From contig DASSUE010000453.1 in assembly GCA_035707305.1 (NCBI GenBank), positions 1-35,677 of the forward strand: a DNA stretch of 35,677 nucleotides, read 5' to 3'. The notes beneath the pieces were generated by a model. That model had not been told where the DNA came from. It searched no databases and saw only the letters and a list, made by a program, of their open reading frames with translations. Positions 17,652-25,127 of the stretch are shown here, piece after piece. Made by a program: the position numbers and the translations under genes. Each line of letters starts with the position of its first letter. The first letter of the stretch is position 1. Source of the stretch: Gemmatimonadales bacterium. Its GTDB lineage: Bacteria > Gemmatimonadota > Gemmatimonadetes > Gemmatimonadales > GWC2-71-9.

Positions 17652-17832
17652 TCAGGGTTTAGGGATGTCCAGATCGCGACAGATGTTGCGTGCCAGCTGC
17701 TCTCTCTCGGTGCCGCGGTACCGATGCCGCCTTGCGCGCCGCCCGATTCACATAGATCGAATGGTTGCCACCTTCACGTAAGAGTACGCAGCCGTGCGCC
17801 TCCAAATGACGCACGAGGTCCAGCCGCTTCAC
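17652..17832 (-). pseudogene. hicA: HicA-family mRNA-interferase toxin, frameshifted near the C-terminus (not in ORF track)
   Basis: GTG 17832-17830 overlaps the hicB TGA (GTGA). VKRLDLVRHLEAHGCVLLREGGNHSIYVNRAARKAASVPRHRE matches the HicA subfamily. After the CTCTCTCTC run (17700-17708) the family ending EQLARNICRDLDIPKP* is in another frame (stop 17652-17654). The actual frame ends RAAGTQHLSRSGHP* at 17659-17661. Confidence 0.7.
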
Positions 17833-18053
17833 GCGGCGGAAATGTGCAGTGGCTCGCGAATCACAGTGCGGCCCCGAAGCTCTTCTTCCGCGAGCGCCCG
17901 ATTAGCCTCGAGCACCAGCTGCACGGCCTCGTGGAGATTGGCGCGCGCTTCCTCGAGTGTGGCGCCCTGCGTGTTGGCCCCAGGCAGCTCCTCGACAAAA
18001 CCGATATAGCCCTCGGGCACCTGCTGGAAGACGGCGGTGAAGTGAACCTGCAT
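17829..18053 (-). CDS. hicB: HicB-family antitoxin
   Basis: 74 aa from ATG 18053 with AAGGAG 6 nt upstream. FTAVFQQVPEGYIGFVEELPGANTQGATLEEARANLHEAVQLVLE is the HicB N-terminal (RNase H-like) fold signature. Confidence 0.85.
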   Translation of the reverse strand: MQVHFTAVFQQVPEGYIGFVEELPGANTQGATLEEARANLHEAVQLVLEANRALAEEELRGRTVIREPLHISAA

Positions 18054-18056
18054 GGG

Positions 18057-18073
18057 GATCTCCTTGGGAGATC
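18057..18073 (-). promoter_or_regulatory. 7-bp inverted repeat over the hicB ribosome-binding site (candidate operator or RBS hairpin)
   Basis: GATCTCC-TTG-GGAGATC, perfect and overlapping AAGGAG. A possible -10 (TACATT on the minus strand) lies just upstream. Confidence 0.3.
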
Positions 18074-18095
18074 TCAAAATGTACGTGAGGCCGAC

Positions 18096-18123
18096 CCCGG
18101 ACGCCTAACCCCTGACGCCTAAC
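18096..18123 (-). repeat. tandem 14-bp duplication carrying two GCCTAAC/GTTAGGC boxes (upstream boundary of the array)
   Basis: CCCGGACGCCTAAC (18096-18109) is directly followed by CCCTGACGCCTAAC (18110-18123). No palindromic attC body lies to the right. Confidence 0.6.
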
Positions 18124-18139
18124 ACTCACTCTCATAGAA

Positions 18140-18238
18140 CTAACCGGGGTACGCTCCGCGATCCGCCGACCTCTCGCAGAGGAGGTACTCCCCGGCACCG
18201 TTGGTGATGAGCGGGACGGCGATCACGCGATGCCGCAT
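18140..18238 (-). pseudogene. NUDIX hydrolase, N-terminal 32-codon remnant
   Basis: MRHRVIAVPLITNGAGEYLLCERSADRGAYPG* resembles the strand preceding the Nudix box (..R....fPG.W.lPGG). The frame stops exactly where the box should start, 17 nt from the GTTAGGC repeat. Confidence 0.4.
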
Positions 18239-18284
18239 GAACGAAATCTGCTCGCCGGCACGATGAGCGCCAGGAGCAGCAGCG

Positions 18285-18615
18285 TCAGTTCACAGCCGGA
18301 AGGATGTGCTGCGGAACGTAGACCCGCTGCGCAATGAACAGCGACGCCTGATTGTAGCTGCCGCCGGGATGTCCATGAAAATCTGGCCGCCGTTCCCGCC
18401 GGCAAAGAAGCCCCGTACCTTCCTGCCGTCGTAGGAATACTCGGGCGAGTTCCACAACCACCCGTACTGCTGAACGCGCGAAAGGTCGCGGAGCGCCGCC
18501 GTCGACTTCCGCGCCCAATCGGGACTCACGATTTGCCGGCCGGCCCATTTGCCCTCGTTGACCATGAGCTGGGCCAGCTTCATGAAGTCGCGCGGCATGA
18601 AGTGTTGGCCGAGGT
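18285..18615 (-). pseudogene. beta-lactamase-family serine hydrolase, C-terminal remnant (paralogue of 6539-8278)
   Basis: HFMPRDFMKLAQLMVNEGKWAGRQIVSPDWARKSTAALRDLSRVQQYGWLWNSPEYSYDGRKVRGFFAGGNGGQIFMDIP aligns with residues about 465-545 of the intact gene. A deletion of roughly 26 nt then shifts frame to GGSYNQASLFIAQRVYVPQHILPAVN*. The N-terminal roughly 460 residues, including SxxK, are absent. Confidence 0.75.
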
Positions 18616-18801
18616 CATCGAGCAGAGAACCTACGTGGGCCGCGGCCCGTCCTGCCACCGCCGTGGCGTGACTCGGCCTGCCCGCGGCGCGACTCGGCAT
18701 GGACGATCGCCCACCCGTTTGCGGTAGCTCGGCCGGGGCGTAGGTTATGGCCACGGCGGGTCGGGAGCCGACCTGCCGGCACCCAATCAGCCCGGGGGCG
18801 G

Positions 18802-19182
18802 ATGGTGGAGATCGAGACGCTGCATCACGTCAGCCTGACGGTCACCGACCTCGACCGCGCCCGGCGTTTCTACCGCGACATCCTCGGCCTTCCCGAGCTC
18901 GAGCGCCCGAACTTCGACTTTCCGGGGGCCTGGTACGCGCTGGGTGACCGGCAGCTGCACCTGATCGTTCACACCACCCCGAGAACGTTGCGCGGCACCA
19001 CCGAGATCGATTCGCGCGACGGTCACTTCGCAATTCGGATTCGGGACTTCCGGGGAACGGTCGAGCGGCTGCAGGCGCAGGGCGTGCCGCTTCGGGAGAG
19101 CCTGCTGAATCCGACACCCTGGGCGCAGATCTACGTGACCGACCCGGACGGGAACGTCATCGAGCTCAACGCTGAACGTTAG
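18802..19182 (+). CDS. VOC (glyoxalase) family protein
   Basis: 126 aa. LHHVSLTVTDLDRARRFYRDILGL and IYVTDPDGNVIEL signatures. Confidence 0.85.
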   Translation: MVEIETLHHVSLTVTDLDRARRFYRDILGLPELERPNFDFPGAWYALGDRQLHLIVHTTPRTLRGTTEIDSRDGHFAIRIRDFRGTVERLQAQGVPLRESLLNPTPWAQIYVTDPDGNVIELNAER

Positions 19183-19202
19183 GGCTGCTGACGTCCTTCA
19201 AA

Positions 19203-19499
19203 TCAAGTCTGCGGTCCCTCGATGATGTGCTCCCAGAAGATGGTCGTATCGGACTGCACCTTGACCTGGAACCGCACCCGCAGATAGGTCGTCACGCCGC
19301 CGACGCTGAGCGTTTTCGGATTTATGCCGTCGAGGGTCTGCTTTTGACGGTCCCTGCCGAACCAGCCCCAGCCGTAGCGAACCTTTATCTGCATTCCGGC
19401 AGGACGGGTGAACACACCCCGTCGCTTCACGCCTGATCCCCACATCGAAAAAACGGTTCGCCAATCGCCTGCCTTCACGTCATTCTGGACAGTAGCCAT
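19203..19499 (-). CDS. 98-aa hypothetical protein (predicted all-beta, no signal peptide)
   Basis: ATG 19499 is preceded by AAGGAGGAGG with 2-nt spacing. Lies 28 nt downstream of the 701-aa gene. The longer 181-aa ORF-track version lacks an RBS. Confidence 0.6.
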   Translation of the reverse strand: MATVQNDVKAGDWRTVFSMWGSGVKRRGVFTRPAGMQIKVRYGWGWFGRDRQKQTLDGINPKTLSVGGVTTYLRVRFQVKVQSDTTIFWEHIIEGPQT

Positions 19500-19527
19500 G
19501 GCCTCCTCCTTTGCTGACGGCGACGGT

Positions 19528-21633
19528 TCAACGCCGAGCCCTCCTCGACCAGACGACCAGGCTCCAACCGAGCAGCACCAACAGCGCGATGGCGAGCCAG
19601 GCTGCCGCCGCCGACTCCCTCTTCTCCGGCGCGAAGAATCCCGCATTCGTCCACCGCACTGGTTGCTGCCCCGGCTCGAATGGAAGGTCGTGGGGATGAG
19701 TCCAGGCTCGCTGCACCGGGTGTGGAAGCTTCCCGATCGCCGGTCCATTCCCCGGCGTGATCACGTAGGCGTCGTAGAGCTGCTGCGCGCCCGGTGACAA
19801 AGTGGCGGCGCCCACGGCTGAGCCCTCTACCACCTGGTAGTGCATGGTGTACTCCGTACCGCCATCGAAGCTGCCGACCCGAGTGTCGGTCGCCTCCTGC
19901 GGGAGCAGCTCGATGATCTTGCCCATGCTGTCCTCGTAGTACACATCGTTCTCGTAGCCGGCTGTCTGGAGGTAGATACGCTGGCCGGGGAACAGTAGCA
20001 GATCCGGGCCGAGACTACGGTTCTCGTTGGCGATTCCAGTCTCCCACGGGGTCCCACCAAACCGCTCCATGCCGTGCACGCACCCATTGCACTCGATGAG
20101 CTTGGTCCACTCCTGCGTACCGTTGTTGGTGATGATCCAGAATCGCCAGTCGCCGTCGCCACCCCAAAAATCGCCGTCGTCCTGAACGTCCAGAGAGCGA
20201 ACTCGCAGCTTCCAGCGCTTCAGGCCCCAGTTGTCGGGTGCAGCGTACGCCCATCCGGCGAGGATTCGCCGTGAGTAGGAGCTCATCGAACCGCGGCTGA
20301 GGTCCAGTGTGACGCGCAGAAGCGTGACTCCACCCTCGTTGACTTGCTGCACATCGGGCTCGGGGCCACCACTGTTTCGTGGATCTGCCACTTCGACGTA
20401 GAGTGGTACTGCAGGTCGAACCAGACCGGCTTCCGCCAGGATCGTCTGGGGACTCCGGGGCAAATAGACGTCGAACTGGTATACGCGATGGATGGGACTG
20501 GGGTCGAATCCTTCGGTCTGAGGCAGGCAGGCATGCGGGCCGAGGTCAGCGCCTCCCCCGCCTCCCTGCTGGTGAAGCCCGGTGCGGCTGCAATTACCTG
20601 TTATCTCGCCCGCGTGGGCGTTGATCCAAAGCTCGGTGACGATTCCCGGCACGTACACATTCGTGCCGTACCCGGCGGACTGGGGAATCGGCACAGCCCT
20701 CGGCCGGTGCGTCGCAAGCATCACCGGCGGATGGATTTCCGTCCTGCTGTCGTGGTCGCAGTCGTAGATCCAGTAGCCGAGCACTGACGCCTGATCGCCC
20801 CGAGTCGAGCGGACAGCGTCGGGAACGTGGGCCTCCTCCCATTCGACCTCAACCCGATCCTGGCCCTGCCCCCGGCCGAGGATGCGTCGAAACGCCGGAT
20901 CGGGGCGGACGAACACGTTCAGGTCCATGCTGTCGTGATTGAAATTGTTATCGGTCGAGCTGATGCGGCTTTCGGGCACCCCACCTTTGAGCAGCTCGTA
21001 GTCCGCCGGACCATGCCAGGGCTTGACCGTCAGCCACGCGGCATTGAGACGATCGGCGAATCGGGGACATTGGTCATCAACGGAGGTCGATGAGGTCGGT
21101 GGCCGCGCGGGAATCACCGGTTCGGTCTCGGGTGGGAACACCAGGCGGTCCGTGGCAGCGATGGTGTGCTGCCGGATGGCCTGCGGGGCAGTGGGTAAAA
21201 CCCCGGGCAAATCGCAACCGCCGGGACAAGCGGTGAAGCGCACCACGTACTCGCCGGCGACATCCGGCGTCAGCCGCGCCTCCAGTGTCGAGACTCCGCC
21301 GAGTATTGCGTTGCTTCCTGGAGGCCTCGCCGCCAGCGCCCAGCTCCATTCGCCTTGCGGCAGTGGATACGAGGTGGGGTCGCAGTTCTCGGCCTCCAAC
21401 ACTGTGATCGATGCGTTGGTAGCGCGGACCTTCACCTCGCTCCCCAGCAGGGGCAGCCCCTGCCGCACCAGGACGACGTGCACTTTCGCCCGGAACGGGC
21501 AGGCGCGGCCGTCGGGCTCTCCCCGTGGGGGTGCCTGAGCGTCGAGCGCCAGGGGCGACGCGGAGAGCAGCCAACCGAAAAGTAGGCCTGTTGGTGCTCT
21601 GTACCGGTGGGTGGACGACTTCAGTTCGCGCAT
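19528..21633 (-). CDS. 701-aa Cys-rich secreted protein with C-terminal TM anchor, unknown family
   Basis: ATG 21633 with AGGGGGG 8 nt upstream. Signal peptide LLFGWLLSASPLALDAQA. C-terminal AAAWLAIALLVLLGWSLVVW followed by RRARR. 14 Cys in the mature part. No catalytic motif recognised. Confidence 0.7.
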   Translation of the reverse strand: MRELKSSTHRYRAPTGLLFGWLLSASPLALDAQAPPRGEPDGRACPFRAKVHVVLVRQGLPLLGSEVKVRATNASITVLEAENCDPTSYPLPQGEWSWALAARPPGSNAILGGVSTLEARLTPDVAGEYVVRFTACPGGCDLPGVLPTAPQAIRQHTIAATDRLVFPPETEPVIPARPPTSSTSVDDQCPRFADRLNAAWLTVKPWHGPADYELLKGGVPESRISSTDNNFNHDSMDLNVFVRPDPAFRRILGRGQGQDRVEVEWEEAHVPDAVRSTRGDQASVLGYWIYDCDHDSRTEIHPPVMLATHRPRAVPIPQSAGYGTNVYVPGIVTELWINAHAGEITGNCSRTGLHQQGGGGGADLGPHACLPQTEGFDPSPIHRVYQFDVYLPRSPQTILAEAGLVRPAVPLYVEVADPRNSGGPEPDVQQVNEGGVTLLRVTLDLSRGSMSSYSRRILAGWAYAAPDNWGLKRWKLRVRSLDVQDDGDFWGGDGDWRFWIITNNGTQEWTKLIECNGCVHGMERFGGTPWETGIANENRSLGPDLLLFPGQRIYLQTAGYENDVYYEDSMGKIIELLPQEATDTRVGSFDGGTEYTMHYQVVEGSAVGAATLSPGAQQLYDAYVITPGNGPAIGKLPHPVQRAWTHPHDLPFEPGQQPVRWTNAGFFAPEKRESAAAAWLAIALLVLLGWSLVVWSRRARR

Positions 21634-21820
21634 TGCCAGACCCCCCTTCGAGACAGCCTCCAAAGGCGAGGAGTGAGCGTCTGACTATGGTTTTCAGGGA
21701 AGGCCTACAACGATGTGGCTCTTGAGGCCGGCCTGTTAGTGCGGAAACGCGACAGGAAGGGGCGATTTTGCGACCCGGAGCGGCGGTACTCCCCCTCCGT
21801 GCGAGACCGGCGATCCGCCC

Positions 21821-22180
21821 TCAGAAGAGCGTCGACTCCCACTCCGTCAGCTCGAAGAACTCGCGGGTGGCGTCGGTCGCAACGCTCTCGTCGAACTCCG
21901 CACAGGTGTAGAGGATCACCGACAGGAAGCGACGGACCGACCAGACGCAGAGGTAGATCCCTGAGTCGATCAATGGAACGAACGCATCGAAGCCCTCGTT
22001 CGTGGCCTTCCCCTGTCCGCTGGTCTGATGCACGATCGGCTCCCCATACGTGCGGAGGCCCAACCGGCTGGTAATGGCCGCGAAGTAATCACGAATGGTG
22101 TAGGCATCGAGCTGCTCGCGAGCGAAGTAGCCCTCGATCAGCAGCCGCTTTCGGAAGATTTCGGGGGCAAGCCTCGGCAA
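21821..22180 (-). CDS. S-adenosylmethionine-decarboxylase-like (PF02675-type) small protein
   Basis: 119 aa. The layout RLLIEGY...GFDAFVPLIDSGIYLCVW..RFLSVILYTCAEFD parallels the pyruvoyl AdoMetDC pattern (..vvlLaESHisiHTwPE..aiDvftC), but with DSG instead of ESH. Confidence 0.45.
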   Translation of the reverse strand: MPRLAPEIFRKRLLIEGYFAREQLDAYTIRDYFAAITSRLGLRTYGEPIVHQTSGQGKATNEGFDAFVPLIDSGIYLCVWSVRRFLSVILYTCAEFDESVATDATREFFELTEWESTLF

Positions 22181-22184
22181 CGAT

Positions 22185-22640
22185 TCAACTCCTCGCAGGT
22201 GGCCGGCGAGGCACTACCATCACGGACTCGAGGATTTGAACTACCTCGTCGCGCTGGTTACGTGTCTCACTCCGAACCTTGATGATGCCGCGATCGGGAC
22301 GCGACCGCGAAGGTCTGATCTCCAGCACCTCGCTCTCGACGTACAGCACATCGTCGGGGCGGGTGGGCCGGGGCCAGCTGATCTCCCCACCCGCCCCAAT
22401 CAGCCCTCCGGCGATCGGCACGCCGCCCTGGACCATGAGCCGCATGGTGATGGCCGCCGTGTGCCAGCCGCTCGCCACCAGCCCGTCGAAGAACGAGCCT
22501 TTGGCCGCCGCGCCGTCGAGGTGGAACGGCTGCGGATCGAACTGCGAGGCGAAGGCGATCACCTGGGCTTCATCGAGCGCGTGGGTGCCGCTGGTGAATC
22601 GCTGGCCCACTTGCAGGTCGTCGAGGTAGAGCTGGCGCAT
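22185..22640 (-). CDS. MaoC-like (R)-hydratase / hot-dog fold dehydratase
   Basis: 151 aa from ATG 22640. FASQFDPQPFHLDGAAAKGSFFDGLVASGWHTAA is the MaoC hydratase motif. Confidence 0.85.
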   Translation of the reverse strand: MRQLYLDDLQVGQRFTSGTHALDEAQVIAFASQFDPQPFHLDGAAAKGSFFDGLVASGWHTAAITMRLMVQGGVPIAGGLIGAGGEISWPRPTRPDDVLYVESEVLEIRPSRSRPDRGIIKVRSETRNQRDEVVQILESVMVVPRRPPARS

Positions 22641-22905
22641 GCGAACGTCCGTGCCCTGGATGCGCGGGAAGGTAACCCGACCCGTGGCAGTGCGAGGCCT
22701 GGTAGCTCGATGGTCAGGCCGCTTGCCCCTCCTGAGCGAACGACTGAATGAGCAAGAGAGAAAGGAGAAGGGCGCATAGGGCAACGAGATGCGTCGCCTC
22801 CAGGCCGGGCAAACGGCAGCACACGACGAGAACCTCGTCGAACACGACAAAGCCGGCGAAAAGCACGATGCCGGCGGATGAAGGGCGGGAGGATTCTGGA
22901 CTGGG

Positions 22906-23673
22906 CTAGAGAAGAGAGCGGGTTCGGCTCGAGGCTTCTCTCAATTTGTGCGGCCGGAACATCGCCGCCGGCGAGCCCTCCGCCACGAACGCCGAGATCG
23001 GCGGCTGGCGGAACGGCGTGGCGGATTGGGCGCCGAACGGTGGCAGGGCGTCACCGTCGAGCGCGGCACGCCGGACCGCCCAGACCCGCCACCGTGGGTG
23101 GCAGACGTGATACTCGAGGCAACTCCCATCTCGCTGAGACGTGTAACCCCAGGGGCGCTCGGTGATGAACTCCGCTTCAGAATCCGGGACGACCTGCGCG
23201 GGTAAGCCTTCGGTCTCGGCCTCGAGAGATTGCCAGCGACCGTGCCGGTGCCACTCGTAGCGGATCCGGCCCGGCGCTCCCGCCAAGGCGCGATCCATGT
23301 CGATCACGTGCCGGATCGGCGCGACGAGATACGGCTCGTTCAAGCCCCAGCGGGCGACCAGCGCGAGGATTCGCCGGGGAACCATCTCTCGAATGAAGAC
23401 GACACCTCGACGCAGAGCGCCACCTTCTTCGGGAACAACCCGGCGGACGTAGAACCGGAAATTGACCTGGTCGAAATCGCGATGGAACGGAACCGGAACG
23501 CCGAGCAATCGGGCATGGAGGAAGCGGAGCCCGACCACGCTCACGAGTGCGCGACCCTCCCAGAGATCGAGCTCGGTGCCGCGGGGCACCAGCGGCTCCA
23601 GCCGCGGCCGGTCCACCGCGTACTGCACCAGGGCGAGGCAGCGCCATTCCGCGGTGAGCAACGGCCCGGCCAT
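22906..23673 (-). CDS. DUF2071 (YqjF-like, acetoacetate-decarboxylase-fold) protein
   Basis: 255 aa. LLTAEWRCLALVQYAVDRPRLEPLVPRGTELDLWEGRALVSVVGLRF is the typical family N-terminus. Confidence 0.78.
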   Translation of the reverse strand: MAGPLLTAEWRCLALVQYAVDRPRLEPLVPRGTELDLWEGRALVSVVGLRFLHARLLGVPVPFHRDFDQVNFRFYVRRVVPEEGGALRRGVVFIREMVPRRILALVARWGLNEPYLVAPIRHVIDMDRALAGAPGRIRYEWHRHGRWQSLEAETEGLPAQVVPDSEAEFITERPWGYTSQRDGSCLEYHVCHPRWRVWAVRRAALDGDALPPFGAQSATPFRQPPISAFVAEGSPAAMFRPHKLREASSRTRSLL

Positions 23674-23685
23674 GGATCCGGATTC

Positions 23686-24159
23686 TCAGCGAGGTGCTAT
23701 CTGGACCGCCTCGGCCCGATACACGCCGCGCGCTCCCTTGAAGCAAATGAGCGTGAGCTCCTCGGTGCCGGACCGCCAGATGCGATCGGCCCGCGGTGAG
23801 GCCTCCTCCGAGAACCGTCGGATCGCATGGGGAGCGCCAAAGTCGCCGGTGAGCCTGGCTTCGATGTCGCGGCATCGGGGGTAGTCCGGAGGTCCGTTCG
23901 GGCGCTGAACCTCGAACATGATCCGCACCCGCCGAGCGGCTCCCGTCCCGGAGATCGCCACGGCCGAGATGTGATCCTGCATGTCCTCCGGTGCGAGGCG
24001 GAGGTAATCCCCCTGCAGGGTCGAATTGGGATGCCGCGCGGCCACTGCCATCAGATCGGAACGAAGGCTGATCCCGGTATAGGCGAACGGTTTCGCCTGC
24101 CCCGAAGCAGCGAGCAGCAAGAGAACCTGAAGCGTCCAACCCGCAGGACTCGCCATCAT
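23686..24159 (-). CDS. secreted hypothetical protein
   Basis: 157 aa. The ATG overlaps the upstream TGA (ATGA at 24156-24159). Signal peptide WTLQVLLLLAASGQA. Confidence 0.55.
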   Translation of the reverse strand: MMASPAGWTLQVLLLLAASGQAKPFAYTGISLRSDLMAVAARHPNSTLQGDYLRLAPEDMQDHISAVAISGTGAARRVRIMFEVQRPNGPPDYPRCRDIEARLTGDFGAPHAIRRFSEEASPRADRIWRSGTEELTLICFKGARGVYRAEAVQIAPR

Positions 24160-25127
24160 TGCACCTTGACGACGACCTTGCCCCGCGCCCGCCCGGTCCC
24201 CACGTGCGCGATCGCGTTGGCGGCCTCGGCGAGCGGATACTCTCGGTCGATCACGGAGCGGATCTGCCCTCGTCCCGCGAGCCCTCCCAGCTGCGCGAGC
24301 CCCTCGCGGTCGTTGTGGGAAATGAAGGGGACCAGCCGCTGGCTCACGAACGGGGACAGAGCGACCGCCTTGAGGAGCCGGCCGGCGGGCTCGAGCCATC
24401 GGCCGGCCGGGGCTCCTACCACCAGCAACATCCCGCTGCGAGCCAGGACGCGCCGGCAGTGCCCGAGCGGCTTGGTCCCGCCGATGTCGAAGATGACGTC
24501 GTAGCGCTCGCTCCGGCGGGTGAAGTCCTCGGCCGTGTGGTCGATCACCTCGTGGGCGCCGATGGAGCGGACCATCTCGATGCTCTCGGTGCGGGTCACC
24601 GCGGTGACGTGCGCGCCGAACACCTTGGCGAGCTGCACGGCGTACGTGCCGACGCCACCTCCCGCGCCGTTCACGAGGACTCGCTGGCCCGCCTGGAGGT
24701 TCGCCTTGTCGCGGAGCCCCTGCAATGCGGTCAGCCCGGCGACATGAAGCGCGGCGGCCTCCGCGTACGACAGTCCGACCGGCTTGACCGCGAGCCGATC
24801 CACCGTGGTCGCAGTGTACTCCGCGAAGCTCCCGTCGGTTCCGCCGAAGACGTCGTCGCCCGGCCTGAGCGCGGTGACGTTCGGACCCACGGCCTCGACC
24901 CGGCCGGCGAGATCCACTCCTCGGATGCGATTCCGGGGGCTGCGCAGGCCGTCGAGCGCGCGGATGAAGTAAGGCATGCCGCGGGTCGTGTGCCAGTCCA
25001 GCGCGTTCACCGACGCGGCGTGAATTCGCACCAGGACGCCGTCGTCGCCGATCGCGGGCACCTCGATGTCCGTCAGGTGCAACACGGCGGGGGAGCCGTA
25101 ACCCTCCTGCACGATCGCTTTCATCAT
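24156..25127 (-). CDS. NAD(P)H-dependent medium-chain dehydrogenase/reductase (quinone-oxidoreductase-like)
   Basis: 323 aa from ATG 25127 (ATGA overlap with the upstream gene). MKAIVQEGYGSPAVL, PGDDVFG, and Rossmann motif VLVNGAGGGVGTYAVQLAK. Confidence 0.9.
   Translation of the reverse strand: MMKAIVQEGYGSPAVLHLTDIEVPAIGDDGVLVRIHAASVNALDWHTTRGMPYFIRALDGLRSPRNRIRGVDLAGRVEAVGPNVTALRPGDDVFGGTDGSFAEYTATTVDRLAVKPVGLSYAEAAALHVAGLTALQGLRDKANLQAGQRVLVNGAGGGVGTYAVQLAKVFGAHVTAVTRTESIEMVRSIGAHEVIDHTAEDFTRRSERYDVIFDIGGTKPLGHCRRVLARSGMLLVVGAPAGRWLEPAGRLLKAVALSPFVSQRLVPFISHNDREGLAQLGGLAGRGQIRSVIDREYPLAEAANAIAHVGTGRARGKVVVKVQ

Larger units (their letters stand above)
14403..18123 (-). mobile_element. integron-type gene-cassette array without integrase in window (CALIN-like); 4 cassettes read on the minus strand
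   Basis: Four attC-like sites (listed separately) each follow one compact minus-strand coding unit. Unit sizes are about 0.6, 1.4, 0.6 and 1.0 kb. Stop codons lie in or next to the GCCTAAC box. ORF starts lie 24-95 nt after GTTAGGC. Several 60-nt lines in the cassettes have lower GC than flanking genes by hand count. Confidence 0.7.

Noticed and set aside
19176-19187. GAACGTTAGGGC at the VOC gene stop, resembling fused attC boxes
   Set aside because: It is only a 6-bp AACGTT palindrome within a 20-nt convergent gap. It has no attC body and its orientation is inconsistent with the family arm.
18124-19200. Search for an integron integrase or attI to the right of the cassette array (and any tyrosine recombinase or transposase anywhere in the window)
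   Set aside because: No ORF in any frame shows the R..H..R..Y recombinase pattern or IntI-like sequence. Only NUDIX and hydrolase stubs and a VOC gene are present.
22714-22866. 50-codon hydrophobic minus-strand ORF (VLFAGFVVFDEVLVVCC...LLLSLLLIQSF) in the 265-nt gap upstream of the MaoC gene
   Set aside because: It is GTG-only with no RBS and no homology I recognise. Third-position GC is about 75% by hand count, which is suggestive but insufficient. Worth checking with ribosome profiling, but not called.
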